64,000 bases of DNA from a virus. The notes under the pieces are model-generated. The model was not told where the DNA came from and made no database searches. It was given only the letters and a program-made list of their open reading frames with translations. The stretch lies in IMG/VR virus record IMGVR_UViG_3300045988_051499, one strand, 5' to 3'. Both the position numbers and the translations under genes were made by a program. Positions 9,433-19,288 of the stretch are shown in pieces; position 1 is the first letter of the stretch, and every line of letters begins with the position of its first letter.

Positions 9433-10632
9433 TTACTCATAGTCACGAATACACTTTAGAACAGGCTGTAATGGTGTTCCTTCATCAGATAGATAGAAAT
9501 ACTTAACAGTAGCCATCTTTCCAATAAGCTCTTTAAGTCTTTCTCTATACTGCTGCTTAAGCTCTCTAGAACCCATCGGCTTAGCCTTAAATTCTATACC
9601 ATCTTCAGTTATTAACGTAAAACACATATCCTCTTCTCGAAGACCTTCTGATAAGCCAGTAATTTCAAACTCTGCATCTTTATAGAATTTAAATTTAAGC
9701 ATATCATTAGTACGTTTTCCGAAGCCATACTCCTTATCAGGATTTCTACACACTACACCTTCCCAACCTTCTGAAACATATTGGTTGTGCAGTTTCATAA
9801 TATTCTCGTACCCAGAGACCTTTTCCTGCGGGACTATTTGCAATTGTAACTCACCCTCTTCCCAATCTTTATCTGGATTAAATCCAAGATTAAGTTCTTT
9901 CTGAAGCTGCTTAAGAATTTCAAGCCTATCAGAGAACTTCATACTAGGAATCATTATATCGTAAACATAATATTCAAGCCAGTCACAGTCAACTGCGTTT
10001 TTCTCAAGACGAGCTGCTCCACTGATTTGTTGGAGACTTTTGCCATGTCTATACAACTCTCCATCAAGAATGTAAGTGGGATGATTCCTGAAGAACTCAA
10101 GCAATCTCTCATTGTTTCGGATATGGCTTGTTGAATAGTCATAATTTCCCCCACCTCTGGAAGCAGATAGAATCTCACCGTCCTTATAGTAGAAGGAACA
10201 CCTAACTCCATCAATTTTTCTGCTAGCATACCAATACTTAACCTTATTGATTGAGGATTCCTTAACTTTATCTGCAGATTTTGCAAGCATGTGCTTTGCA
10301 AATCCATTCTGGTCGGTTTTAATGTCTCCATAAAATTCTTCCAATTGAGTTTCGCTATAAGTTTCGGGATCGTTCTCTAGCTCCTTGTAACCCTTATCTA
10401 AATATTTCTTAAGCTCAGACTTAAACTGCAACTCAAGTTGTTCTCTATGCGTTCTACCAGCTTTTCCTTTAGTAATGACTATTTCTGGTTGCTCTGTCAT
10501 CTTTCCATGTAGCTGTCCTGTAACTCTATTAATTACAAATCCAGCTTTTTCTTCATCCCACTGTTCTGTAGTAGATAAATATACAACTCTAAATTTGCCA
10601 GTTGAGGCTTTGCTTAACAAATATTTAATCAT
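9433..10632 (-). CDS. ATP-dependent DNA ligase
   Basis: motif I KIDGVR, motif III LDGELY, motif IV EGVVCRNP, motif V LKFKF. Confidence 0.7.
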   Translation of the reverse strand: MIKYLLSKASTGKFRVVYLSTTEQWDEEKAGFVINRVTGQLHGKMTEQPEIVITKGKAGRTHREQLELQFKSELKKYLDKGYKELENDPETYSETQLEEFYGDIKTDQNGFAKHMLAKSADKVKESSINKVKYWYASRKIDGVRCSFYYKDGEILSASRGGGNYDYSTSHIRNNERLLEFFRNHPTYILDGELYRHGKSLQQISGAARLEKNAVDCDWLEYYVYDIMIPSMKFSDRLEILKQLQKELNLGFNPDKDWEEGELQLQIVPQEKVSGYENIMKLHNQYVSEGWEGVVCRNPDKEYGFGKRTNDMLKFKFYKDAEFEITGLSEGLREEDMCFTLITEDGIEFKAKPMGSRELKQQYRERLKELIGKMATVKYFYLSDEGTPLQPVLKCIRDYE

Positions 10633-10846
10633 GAATAGTTACCTTATAATCATCATAGTCTAATACATCATCTAGTCCACTGTAGTCATATTCATTCTCG
10701 ATTAAGGTTTTCAAAAGCTCTTCATCGCTAACGAACTCTTCCTCTATATATTTCTTTAGCCATTCTTCCTGTAAATCTTCTCCTAATACAATATTTTTGT
10801 GTACTGTAATAGTGACTACTTTCTTTTTAAGTTCTTCTAGTGTCAT
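10625..10846 (-). CDS. hypothetical protein
   Basis: 73-aa acidic ORF. Confidence 0.3.
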   Translation of the reverse strand: MTLEELKKKVVTITVHKNIVLGEDLQEEWLKKYIEEEFVSDEELLKTLIENEYDYSGLDDVLDYDDYKVTIHD

Positions 10847-11211
10847 TTCTGATAGTCCTTAACTAAGTTCCACAAATCATCTATAGTATCAGTAGGAATT
10901 ATATTTCCGTCTTCATCATAAGCTTCATTAGGAAGACTATTTTTGAATAGTCCAGGCTTCTCAAATAACCACCAATTAACCCAGTCCACTCCTTCATCAG
11001 AGAACAATTCCGGAAGTACCGTATTTAAGAATCCCCAACCTAGTTCGGATATAGGAAGTTCAAACAAATCAATTCCAAAATCAGACCATCTATCCAATTC
11101 CTTAGAATAGTTCTGAGCATTTTCAATAAGCTTTACAAATCCTTCTTTAGTCATAGTAGTAATTATTTTAATATTCTTTTTGTAATATCTGTCTTCCAAC
11201 CGCAATCGCAC
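10843..11211 (-). CDS. hypothetical protein
   Basis: 122-aa ORF. Confidence 0.3.
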   Translation of the reverse strand: MRLRLEDRYYKKNIKIITTMTKEGFVKLIENAQNYSKELDRWSDFGIDLFELPISELGWGFLNTVLPELFSDEGVDWVNWWLFEKPGLFKNSLPNEAYDEDGNIIPTDTIDDLWNLVKDYQK

Positions 11212-11483
11212 TCCTCGGCTGCTATCTTAAATGATTCCTCTAGGTCTCCACTTTCCATATACTCTGCAATTAATATATCAGTGTCTACATCGTATTTATC
11301 AACAATTCTTTCAGTGACTATTTTAACTGCAACACCTTCGAGTTCGTCATAGATAACATCTTCCAACTTACTCATTAATTCATCCCATTCATCACTTAGT
11401 TTAGCTGTGGTAGACTTGCTGTCTTCTTCTCTCATAGCTTCTTCGAGTTCTAATATTTTAGACCTCAATTCCTCTTTAGTCAT
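11163..11483 (-). CDS. hypothetical protein
   Basis: 106-aa acidic ORF. Confidence 0.3.
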   Translation of the reverse strand: MTKEELRSKILELEEAMREEDSKSTTAKLSDEWDELMSKLEDVIYDELEGVAVKIVTERIVDKYDVDTDILIAEYMESGDLEESFKIAAEECDCGWKTDITKRILK

Positions 11484-11725
11484 GGTACTTTTAATACATT
11501 TTTAACAACAATTTCCTTTTTCATCTTACCAAATTGCTTCTCGATTTCTTCTGGAATATTTACTCGTATATCCATTAGGGAAGTTAGATACTTGACTTTG
11601 TCTCTTATATCATCAATAAAGTGATAATTAGTTTTGATTTGATTACTAATGTCCTCAACTCTCCGCATGAGACAAAGTATTAGGGCTAAGTTACATAACC
11701 CCAATACCATTAATACCCATATCAT
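11480..11725 (-). CDS. hypothetical small membrane protein
   Basis: 81 aa, N-terminal TM helix. Confidence 0.3.
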   Translation of the reverse strand: MIWVLMVLGLCNLALILCLMRRVEDISNQIKTNYHFIDDIRDKVKYLTSLMDIRVNIPEEIEKQFGKMKKEIVVKNVLKVP

Positions 11726-12303
11726 ACTCCAGTATGTCCAAATCCTCCTTCTCCTCGTTCAGTAGAAGGTAATTCTTCAACAACTTCCCATTCTATAGTT
11801 TCATGCTTAGCAATAACTATTTGGGCAATTCTTTCTCCATCAGTAATTCTAACTGGGACATTAGAAGTGTTCACTAATACAACTCCAATCTCTCCTCTGT
11901 AGTCGGCGTCAATGGTTCCAGGTGAATTAAGGACAGTAAGTCCCAATTTTAGTGCAAGACCGCTTCGTGGTCGAACTTGCGCCTCGTAACCCTTAGGTAA
12001 GGCTATAAACAATCCAGTCGGAATCAAACATCTACCTCCGGGCTTTATTTCAATAGTAGAAGCAACGGGAATACTGGGAACTCTTCTATTAGTAGGATTT
12101 CCTTCCTTGTCTACCACAAATGGACCATTTGGATCTTCAATTTTACTAATAGCTACAACATCAGCATCGAAAAAGAATTTTTCAGGCTTATTGTCTACTA
12201 ACTTAATTCTACTAAAGTCTCCTCTAATATCCATACCTGCTGATAAGGGAGTTTCATACTGAGGAAGTTGATGTCTTGATTTATTAATTATGAGTACTTT
12301 CAT
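11722..12303 (-). CDS. dut: dUTP diphosphatase
   Basis: trimeric dUTPase motifs [29 protein letters not shown]. Confidence 0.8.
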   Translation of the reverse strand: MKVLIINKSRHQLPQYETPLSAGMDIRGDFSRIKLVDNKPEKFFFDADVVAISKIEDPNGPFVVDKEGNPTNRRVPSIPVASTIEIKPGGRCLIPTGLFIALPKGYEAQVRPRSGLALKLGLTVLNSPGTIDADYRGEIGVVLVNTSNVPVRITDGERIAQIVIAKHETIEWEVVEELPSTERGEGGFGHTGV

Positions 12304-12838
12304 GTAATAAAATAAATTCAGTTAAATAAAATCTTGCATCTATAACACACTTAGGAACTAGTCCTTCTAGGCTTAAATTAGATCTTAGGGCATCTCTTAC
12401 AACAGTAGCCGATATACCTTCTTCTACCTGTTCTCTTGCCATGAGAGTCATTGATATATAACCCTTCAGCATAAACTTTGGAAACCATGTTGTAATAATT
12501 TCGTATCCATCGCTATAGTAGATATTAAAATGGGACTCTTTTATAATACTAACTATGTTAGCATATAAATAGAATCCCCAATCCTGAGAGTTATCAGACT
12601 CATCAGTCAAATCATTAAGAGGCTGAATGATACATCTACTAAGTAAACCTTCGTCCTCTAAGGCAGTTTCTAGTAATTTTATCCTAACCTTTATAGGAAT
12701 AGGATTACGCTTGTTTACTTTATCAGCACTACCAACTAACAAAAGAACCTTATCGTTCTCTGAACAAGCTTTTTTAATTAAAGCTAGGTGCCCATTGTGA
12801 ATGGGCTGAAACCTAGCTAAAATAACTCCATATTTCAT
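12284..12838 (-). CDS. nicotinamide/nicotinate mononucleotide adenylyltransferase (NadM-type)
   Basis: [14 protein letters not shown], the (H/T)xGH nucleotidyltransferase motif in NadM-like GRFQPxHxGH context. Confidence 0.6.
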   Translation of the reverse strand: MKYGVILARFQPIHNGHLALIKKACSENDKVLLLVGSADKVNKRNPIPIKVRIKLLETALEDEGLLSRCIIQPLNDLTDESDNSQDWGFYLYANIVSIIKESHFNIYYSDGYEIITTWFPKFMLKGYISMTLMAREQVEEGISATVVRDALRSNLSLEGLVPKCVIDARFYLTEFILLHESTHN

Positions 12839-13140
12839 TTCTGATCTTTTGGTTTTATCTCTGTTGTTTTAATTATTTCCCTAAAGTCGAGCAATTTCCA
12901 GTTCTGCCTCTTATACTTCTTATGGTCTTGTGAAAAATCTTTTAAATCAGATTTGTTACAGAACAAAGCAAAGGCATAATCAACAATAATCTCAGAAATC
13001 TTTTCATAATTCTGTTCCTTGTTTGTAGTCAGGTTGAGAATTACATCATCAATCTCTAAGTCTGGACAATTATACTTAGCTGGAATATAATTTTTGTCGT
13101 TGTAATATACACAAACGATGTTAGTAAATTTTCTTATCAT
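12835..13140 (-). CDS. hypothetical protein
   Basis: 101-aa ORF. Confidence 0.3.
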   Translation of the reverse strand: MIRKFTNIVCVYYNDKNYIPAKYNCPDLEIDDVILNLTTNKEQNYEKISEIIVDYAFALFCNKSDLKDFSQDHKKYKRQNWKLLDFREIIKTTEIKPKDQK

Positions 13141-13478
13141 ACACTTAATTCGTAGAGTCTTATTGGAGTAAATTCAAATATAAACCACTCTCCATCTGCA
13201 TCCTGGAACATACTAGAGTCCCAATCTATCATGGTAATTCTCTGTATTATCTTAGTCGGCTCACTATCAATAATTAGAGGAAGCCCAACCTTAAACGCTC
13301 CAGTTATCCCTTCGTACACTTTACCAGCACCTGACCTATGACTAACTTTAATCATTCCGTGCTTGGAGTGCAAGAGATTTTCTTCTTCTTCAGTAAAGTC
13401 CTTGAAGATATTCTCTTCAAGTCCTTTTATCAGAAGTTTCTTCCTTTCAATAATATCTTTAACCTTCAATTCTACCAT
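13137..13478 (-). CDS. hypothetical protein
   Basis: 113-aa ORF. Confidence 0.3.
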   Translation of the reverse strand: MVELKVKDIIERKKLLIKGLEENIFKDFTEEEENLLHSKHGMIKVSHRSGAGKVYEGITGAFKVGLPLIIDSEPTKIIQRITMIDWDSSMFQDADGEWFIFEFTPIRLYELSV

Positions 13479-13764
13479 ACACTACAGGATTATTTAATGC
13501 TTTCATTATCTCTTCTATGGTACAAGTATTAGCTTCACTGTAGAATGCCATTACTGGAGCTGCATCATTATCAATTAATACAGCAAATGGAGTATGTCTA
13601 GCGCTAAAACCTCCCTTAAGCTTGAAGGCGTTTTTACGTTCCTTAAACAAGCCTTCATGGTAAGTTTGTAATTCTACTAAAGGATATTTAGAAAGAACCT
13701 TTTTTAATTCGTCAACCAGATGTTGACTGTTATCATCATATGCAACCTTAAGAATCATTTCCAA
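13459..13764 (-). CDS. hypothetical protein
   Basis: 101-aa ORF just upstream of nrdG. Confidence 0.3.
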   Translation of the reverse strand: MEMILKVAYDDNSQHLVDELKKVLSKYPLVELQTYHEGLFKERKNAFKLKGGFSARHTPFAVLIDNDAAPVMAFYSEANTCTIEEIMKALNNPVVYGRIEG

Positions 13765-14258
13765 AAACGTGATGTTATGTCTTTAACTATGGGTTTTCCA
13801 CAGCTATTATCTATATGAAGCATAACTTGATTAGTTGTCTTACTATTTAAAGGCCCGTTTTCTTCAATATATGGACCTAGCTTGATATAATCGAAATGCT
13901 TCATATTCACGTGCTCTGATAGTTCTTGTCTACCTGAGTACCATGCCACTTTTAAATTCGGATAATAATCTTTAACAAAACTAGCTAACACATTTACTAA
14001 GTGAGGGTCAGAATCCCCTCCCATAAATGCTATACACGAAATACCATCTGTAATTAGTTCGTCTAGATGAATAATGTAATCATCAGAGAACCCCTGCGGA
14101 TATTCAATTAATGGTTTACCTATATCTTCGGCTAGGTATTGACTATGACATCCTTTACAATGACAAGGACAGTTAGATATATTTATAGCTAATGTAATCT
14201 CATCCGGAATTTCCTGAAAGACTACTCTGGCATCAACATATTTAAGCATACTCCTCAA
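13755..14258 (-). CDS. nrdG: anaerobic ribonucleotide reductase activating protein
   Basis: radical-SAM Cys cluster NCPCHCKGC plus GGDSDP; sits 2 genes from nrdD. Confidence 0.6.
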   Translation of the reverse strand: MRSMLKYVDARVVFQEIPDEITLAINISNCPCHCKGCHSQYLAEDIGKPLIEYPQGFSDDYIIHLDELITDGISCIAFMGGDSDPHLVNVLASFVKDYYPNLKVAWYSGRQELSEHVNMKHFDYIKLGPYIEENGPLNSKTTNQVMLHIDNSCGKPIVKDITSRFWK

Positions 14259-14907
14259 TCTTTTTAGTTTCTGTATCTAATATAAAAGGTCTTCTTACGT
14301 CTAAGCAAGCAAACTTGTCAGTAATAATGGGTTCTGATTCCAATTGAGTATGTCCAAATATTTGATAATATGTAGACTCTCTATCTCCTTCTCTGACATC
14401 GCTCCATACCATACTGCCTGTATTAGACCACCCTCCTCTCATACGAGATACTTCCCATAGGAAGCCAACTAGAAAGTCCTCAGGCTTAGTAATTAGGTCA
14501 GTAATAGTAAAATCCATACTCTTTAACCAATCATTAGTAACTCCAGCATGAGTATATAGAATACCTTCCGAGAAGTATTTGAGTTGGAATAGAGACTTGA
14601 AATTCTCAAACATTTCCTTAATTAGCTCTGCATTAGCGTAATCATACCTAGAAGCACTTCCGAAATCATAGCAATAAGCACAGTCGTGATTTCCAAGGAG
14701 TAGTATTACCTTATCGGGATTATCAACTTTGAATTGGATAATCTCTTTAAACTCCTCTATCGCATTCTCTCTAGTAATACCTTCATAACCATATGGGTCG
14801 AGGTAGTCCCCTAAAAAGACTACCTTATCCACACTATTAATCTTCTCTTTTGCTTTTCTCCAGAATGGTCTACCGTGAACATCTGGAATAATTAAAACTT
14901 TACTCAT
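14242..14907 (-). CDS. Ser/Thr protein phosphatase (PPP family, lambda phosphatase-like)
   Basis: DVHG, GDYLDPYG, GNHD metallophosphatase signature. Confidence 0.65.
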   Translation of the reverse strand: MSKVLIIPDVHGRPFWRKAKEKINSVDKVVFLGDYLDPYGYEGITRENAIEEFKEIIQFKVDNPDKVILLLGNHDCAYCYDFGSASRYDYANAELIKEMFENFKSLFQLKYFSEGILYTHAGVTNDWLKSMDFTITDLITKPEDFLVGFLWEVSRMRGGWSNTGSMVWSDVREGDRESTYYQIFGHTQLESEPIITDKFACLDVRRPFILDTETKKIEEYA

Positions 14908-14909
14908 TT

Positions 14910-17054
14910 TTAATTTACTTCTTTAGAATATGTTCTTTTCTCAGCTTCTATTCTTCTATCTTTACCAAAAGCAGTGATAGGTCTTAGATAGCCAATAATT
15001 CTGGTATATTGAGTAATATGTTCACTCCCACATTTAGGACATACCTTAATGGGAGCTTTCACAATATGTTTACAATCCTCGCACTTACTATTAGGAATAT
15101 TGAACGTGAAGTAATTAGTTCCTTGCTGAATAGCAAAGTCTATAAGCTTCAAGTATTGCTCCTTAGATAGATGTTCCTCCAAGTTAATGTGGGCTGCACT
15201 ACCTCCATCTGTATACTGATAAGTCTGCCTTCCATGAAGTATAAACTTATCTAATACAGATGTGTCATCATGGGCATTATAGAAATAACTATTGTATAGA
15301 TTCCTATCTTCAGGAACTTTATACCCGTCCTCCTTATCCCATCTATAATTTTTACCACCAAGTCCCTCTGCTGGAACAACTTCAGAATTAAATAGGAAAG
15401 GTCTTTTCTTATCGTAGATGGAATGAATCTTATTCTGCTCCTTAATAGTTCCGAGGATTAGTTGCAAGAACTCGAAATACTCTGGATTATTAGATACTTT
15501 CAGTCCTAGGAACTCAGCAGCTTCATTCAAACCATTTAAACCAATAGTACTGTATAGGTCTTTAATATTGATATATCCACCATTAGAAGAAGCAAACATC
15601 TTCTTTTCTTCCCATTCATAGAGCATAGTCTTATAAGTAATGTGATACTTGTAGACTCTATCAAGTATACCTATTAACCACCCTTTAAATTGGTTAGCTA
15701 CATCCTTAGACCATATTTTATGATTATAACATTTATAATAATCTTGTATAATTCTATTGATATTGAGAGTTATCACATTACAGCTACCAGTTTTGACCCC
15801 AGTCATACCAGAGGTAGGACTAAATGTATTCTCCGCCAATTCATTACGAAGTCTACAACACGAAGCTAGACTATCCGCACTATCAGAAATATAAGTAAAG
15901 AAACTATGACCTTGTGCATACATTTCTGCACACAAATCTTTGTATTCCTTATCTATAATATCTTTTCCATCATGCACCATAGCGAAAGTTTCAACTGGAA
16001 AGGTTAGTACCTGTTTCAGACGCAGCTTGTTGAACCAAGACATAAATAGTCTTTGCAACGTATCAATCGCACTCCACTCCGGTTTCGTTCCATCTGGATA
16101 GTAAAATTCTCCAAATAGAGATTCAAAATAGGTCTTATCATAGTACGAAACATTAGTGAAGGGAGATTGATAACTTCTGTTTCCAGCAGGTTGATTAATT
16201 CCCCAAACAAACTGTTTAAAAGCTTTAAGGATAGAGTCTTCGATAGTTCTCTTAATAAGAGAATGTTCCGAAGTACATATACAGTCGAGCTTCTCGTACC
16301 ACTTTTCTCCGTATTCAGCAATAATATAATAGTTAAGTGCAATAAAATAGCTACCTACAGCAACTGCTCCTTTACATTGAGAGGACAATAGAAATACTAA
16401 GTTAGTAACTTGTCCACTGAATGACTGCAAATCATTAGGAGGGCCAGGAGTAACTCCATCAATATTACCTACTCCCTCTAACATTAGGGGGTATAACGAG
16501 ACTGCCATACAATACTGTTTAAGTACTGACGTAGAAGCCTCATCGTGGGTATAAATAATATGACTGTCTAGGTCTTTAGAATATTGAGAAGAGAGTTCGG
16601 GATAAAGAAGCTTTAATTTCTTCTTCATACGATAGCGCTGAATTTCTCTGTTCTCGCGCTTTCTATCTTCACTCTCTAATGTAGCAACGTTCTTAGATAC
16701 AACATTAGCATTTCCATCTGTTTCAGATGAAGTAGCTGCATTTTCGGAACTATTAATATAGTTATCTTGGTAACTAATCTTAGCTATGATTTCTCTAAGT
16801 CTAGATTGTTCACTTCTATACTGAGAATATGCTGAGGCTACATCGTCGTAACCATAGTCCCTCAAGGTTTCTATTACTACGTCTTGAATCTCTTCTATAG
16901 TAATGCCGTCCCATAAATGCATATCAGCCACCATAGCTGTAATGACTTCTTTATTTTCTTCAGGACAGCAAGCATTAAATGCTTTAGATATTGCTTCTAC
17001 TATCTTATTACCGTCAAATTCCTGTAAACTTCCGTCTCTCTTTACTACTTGCAT
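14910..17054 (-). CDS. nrdD: anaerobic ribonucleoside-triphosphate reductase
   Basis: 714 aa; N-terminal ATP-cone; C-terminal Zn ribbon CEDCKH...CPKCGS and glycyl-radical motif RIIGYLRPITAF. Confidence 0.85.
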   Translation of the reverse strand: MQVVKRDGSLQEFDGNKIVEAISKAFNACCPEENKEVITAMVADMHLWDGITIEEIQDVVIETLRDYGYDDVASAYSQYRSEQSRLREIIAKISYQDNYINSSENAATSSETDGNANVVSKNVATLESEDRKRENREIQRYRMKKKLKLLYPELSSQYSKDLDSHIIYTHDEASTSVLKQYCMAVSLYPLMLEGVGNIDGVTPGPPNDLQSFSGQVTNLVFLLSSQCKGAVAVGSYFIALNYYIIAEYGEKWYEKLDCICTSEHSLIKRTIEDSILKAFKQFVWGINQPAGNRSYQSPFTNVSYYDKTYFESLFGEFYYPDGTKPEWSAIDTLQRLFMSWFNKLRLKQVLTFPVETFAMVHDGKDIIDKEYKDLCAEMYAQGHSFFTYISDSADSLASCCRLRNELAENTFSPTSGMTGVKTGSCNVITLNINRIIQDYYKCYNHKIWSKDVANQFKGWLIGILDRVYKYHITYKTMLYEWEEKKMFASSNGGYINIKDLYSTIGLNGLNEAAEFLGLKVSNNPEYFEFLQLILGTIKEQNKIHSIYDKKRPFLFNSEVVPAEGLGGKNYRWDKEDGYKVPEDRNLYNSYFYNAHDDTSVLDKFILHGRQTYQYTDGGSAAHINLEEHLSKEQYLKLIDFAIQQGTNYFTFNIPNSKCEDCKHIVKAPIKVCPKCGSEHITQYTRIIGYLRPITAFGKDRRIEAEKRTYSKEVN

Positions 17055-17055
17055 A

Positions 17056-17823
17056 TTAAATACCCATTACGTCCTTAATTAACAATGTCTTCTCGAATTT
17101 ATTTACTAAGTCTCTCTTATCCTGAGTAATCAAGTCAGTAAATGCGTTATACACGGTAAATCCATCTACAACATTGTCTGTTGTATAATACTTAGATTTT
17201 TCATCATAAAACAAATCTTTATAAACATCAATCGGAGCAGATTCAGCTAATTTTACAGAACCAAATCCCATGTTGATTTTAGAATTGATGCAGTTGTCAA
17301 CCCAGTGACCTAGGTCAGCATATATATCATCTTTCTTATACTCCATCTCTGAAAGTTTCTTAAGCATTAAGTTGGTTTCATCTGTCATCGATATAGCATT
17401 TCTTAAGAAGCTATAGTTAATAGCAGATTCTGGCTCTAGCTCAGAAACATTTAACATTTCTGGATTAAATACACACAAGTTTAGACAAGCCATATTTAAA
17501 GCTCCTACATAGAACTTAACTAATGGTTTACGAGTATCAAGGGCATAAATCATACTAATTACTCTTTTATGATTATCCCAAGCATATTCATCCGGCAAAA
17601 CACCTTGAATCCAAACTCTATTGTATATTACATCATCAAAATTAATCTCCCCATCTTTAGTAAGCGATATTTGGTCAGCAGGCTTAGCATTAATGATAAA
17701 ATTATCAGTCATTTTAGATACTCTGTCTATAAACGGAGTTACATAGGCTTCAGTAGTAAAATACTCTTTATCCTTAATTCTAGTTGCTTTCCCTTGCATC
17801 AATTGTTCAATCGTCAATTCCAT
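17056..17823 (-). CDS. hypothetical protein
   Basis: 255-aa ORF. Confidence 0.4.
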   Translation of the reverse strand: MELTIEQLMQGKATRIKDKEYFTTEAYVTPFIDRVSKMTDNFIINAKPADQISLTKDGEINFDDVIYNRVWIQGVLPDEYAWDNHKRVISMIYALDTRKPLVKFYVGALNMACLNLCVFNPEMLNVSELEPESAINYSFLRNAISMTDETNLMLKKLSEMEYKKDDIYADLGHWVDNCINSKINMGFGSVKLAESAPIDVYKDLFYDEKSKYYTTDNVVDGFTVYNAFTDLITQDKRDLVNKFEKTLLIKDVMGI

Positions 17824-17825
17824 AT

Positions 17826-18416
17826 TTAAACATTATTATAGTAAATCTCCTTTAATAGGAGGTCTAATCTAAAGTGTTCATCCAATGCTTTAACCCTATG
17901 CCTTAGAGAATACATAGCTAATTCTGCAAAACTCTCTAATTCTGGTTCTTTGTATGCTTTGGAAGGTGAAACTCGAAAATATTTGCGCCATAAGGGTTCA
18001 AATTTTTCCATTAGAGTATCTATTTCTCTTCTCGGAATGTAGCAAAAATACCTTGCCGAATCGAGGAATACTCCATTGAAATTATCTACTCCTAAATGAG
18101 TACTAGTATCATAATATACGTTTCCTAAATACATCATAGCCTGTAATAAAGACCTATGTACGAAAACAGAGTTAATACCTATATCTCTTTTAGTTTCTTG
18201 AAGAATCCAGAACTTGACATTCCGGTTTTCATCATAGAACCTAACTATTCCATCTGTAGGTTTTCCCGCGATGGATTCTTTTCTTCCGATTATTAGAGGA
18301 TTAACTAAGCTAAAATAGTTATAGAAATGATTTTCTATTACATCTTCAAGCACACAACCTCTGTTTGTATAGAAATTAATTCTAATCTGAAGTCCTGTTA
18401 TAGGAGTAAATTCCAT
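17826..18416 (-). CDS. hypothetical protein
   Basis: 196-aa ORF. Confidence 0.4.
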   Translation of the reverse strand: MEFTPITGLQIRINFYTNRGCVLEDVIENHFYNYFSLVNPLIIGRKESIAGKPTDGIVRFYDENRNVKFWILQETKRDIGINSVFVHRSLLQAMMYLGNVYYDTSTHLGVDNFNGVFLDSARYFCYIPRREIDTLMEKFEPLWRKYFRVSPSKAYKEPELESFAELAMYSLRHRVKALDEHFRLDLLLKEIYYNNV

Positions 18417-18480
18417 TTAATTGTTAATTAGTTGTTACACTTCCATAATTAAATTACGTTTAATATCTATTAAATATTGC

Positions 18481-18528
18481 TTATCTCAAAATAAAAAAGG
18501 AAGACCACCCTTAGGCAATCTTCCTTTT
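18481..18528 (-). terminator. rho-independent terminator
   Basis: perfect 10-bp stem AAAAGGAAGA/TCTTCCTTTT followed on the minus strand by TTTTTTATTTT; just downstream of gene 18550..19107. Confidence 0.5.
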
Positions 18529-18549
18529 AAACGTATATCTTTCAAGAAA

Positions 18550-19107
18550 TTAGGCTTCGATACCGAAAGCTAACCAAGTACCATTCTTGGTATTCTTAGA
18601 AGGAGTATATTGTGCAGTTGCTACTACTGCTTGTCCTTCAACAACATCCTTAGTTTTCACCAACTCAGCATTTCCTTTATACTTACCGCTCTTATACAAT
18701 TCTTTGATTGCGTTCTTAGCGTCAGCTTTGTTAGTATCAACTTGGCAAACAACAGTCTTAGTTTCTTTGTCAATCCACTTGTAGAAAGTCTTAAACTTAC
18801 GCTTTCCATCACCTTTAACATCGTCAATCTTGTACGGACGCTCACGAGTGTCTGCAACAGACGATTCAATAGTAATCAGATAACCAGCACCGGGGCAGTT
18901 CTTGCCTTTCTTAGCGAGATATTCAAGCATAAACTCTTTTACATCACGCTCAGTAATACCCTTAGTCTGTTTAGCTTTCCAATTTTTGTAAGCCTGAGTT
19001 GCATCACCATTTACATGGAATAATGTGCTTTCAACTTGTGCGATTGCTGCTTCTTTGCTTTCTGCTACTACTTCTACTTTCTTAAAATTCAAAATCGTTG
19101 TACTCAT
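18550..19107 (-). CDS. hypothetical Lys-rich protein (candidate abundant early protein)
   Basis: 185 aa; has its own terminator and a long AT-rich upstream region. Confidence 0.45.
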   Translation of the reverse strand: MSTTILNFKKVEVVAESKEAAIAQVESTLFHVNGDATQAYKNWKAKQTKGITERDVKEFMLEYLAKKGKNCPGAGYLITIESSVADTRERPYKIDDVKGDGKRKFKTFYKWIDKETKTVVCQVDTNKADAKNAIKELYKSGKYKGNAELVKTKDVVEGQAVVATAQYTPSKNTKNGTWLAFGIEA

Positions 19108-19288
19108 AATAAATAAAATTTTTAAACATAAATCATTAACATATAATCTGAAATTATTTTTCCGTATCTAATCAGTATTGTTTCCCTTACTGATGTAATC
19201 AATTATACTACATCATACATAGAAACCCTAATCTTCAAATGTTAATTTTATGTTAAAGGACGTTAAAATCCTCTTAACTAAAAATCTC
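19108..19288 (-). promoter_or_regulatory. AT-rich putative promoter/leader region
   Basis: 180-nt ORF-free very AT-rich stretch upstream of 18550..19107; no consensus assigned. Confidence 0.25.

Noticed and set aside
9954-10331. Nested minus-strand ORFs 9954..10331, 16016..16342, 18657..18869 and 788..985 lying inside the DNA ligase, nrdD, the 18550..19107 gene and polA
   Set aside because: They are alternative-frame ORFs wholly contained in strongly supported genes, with no independent signal.
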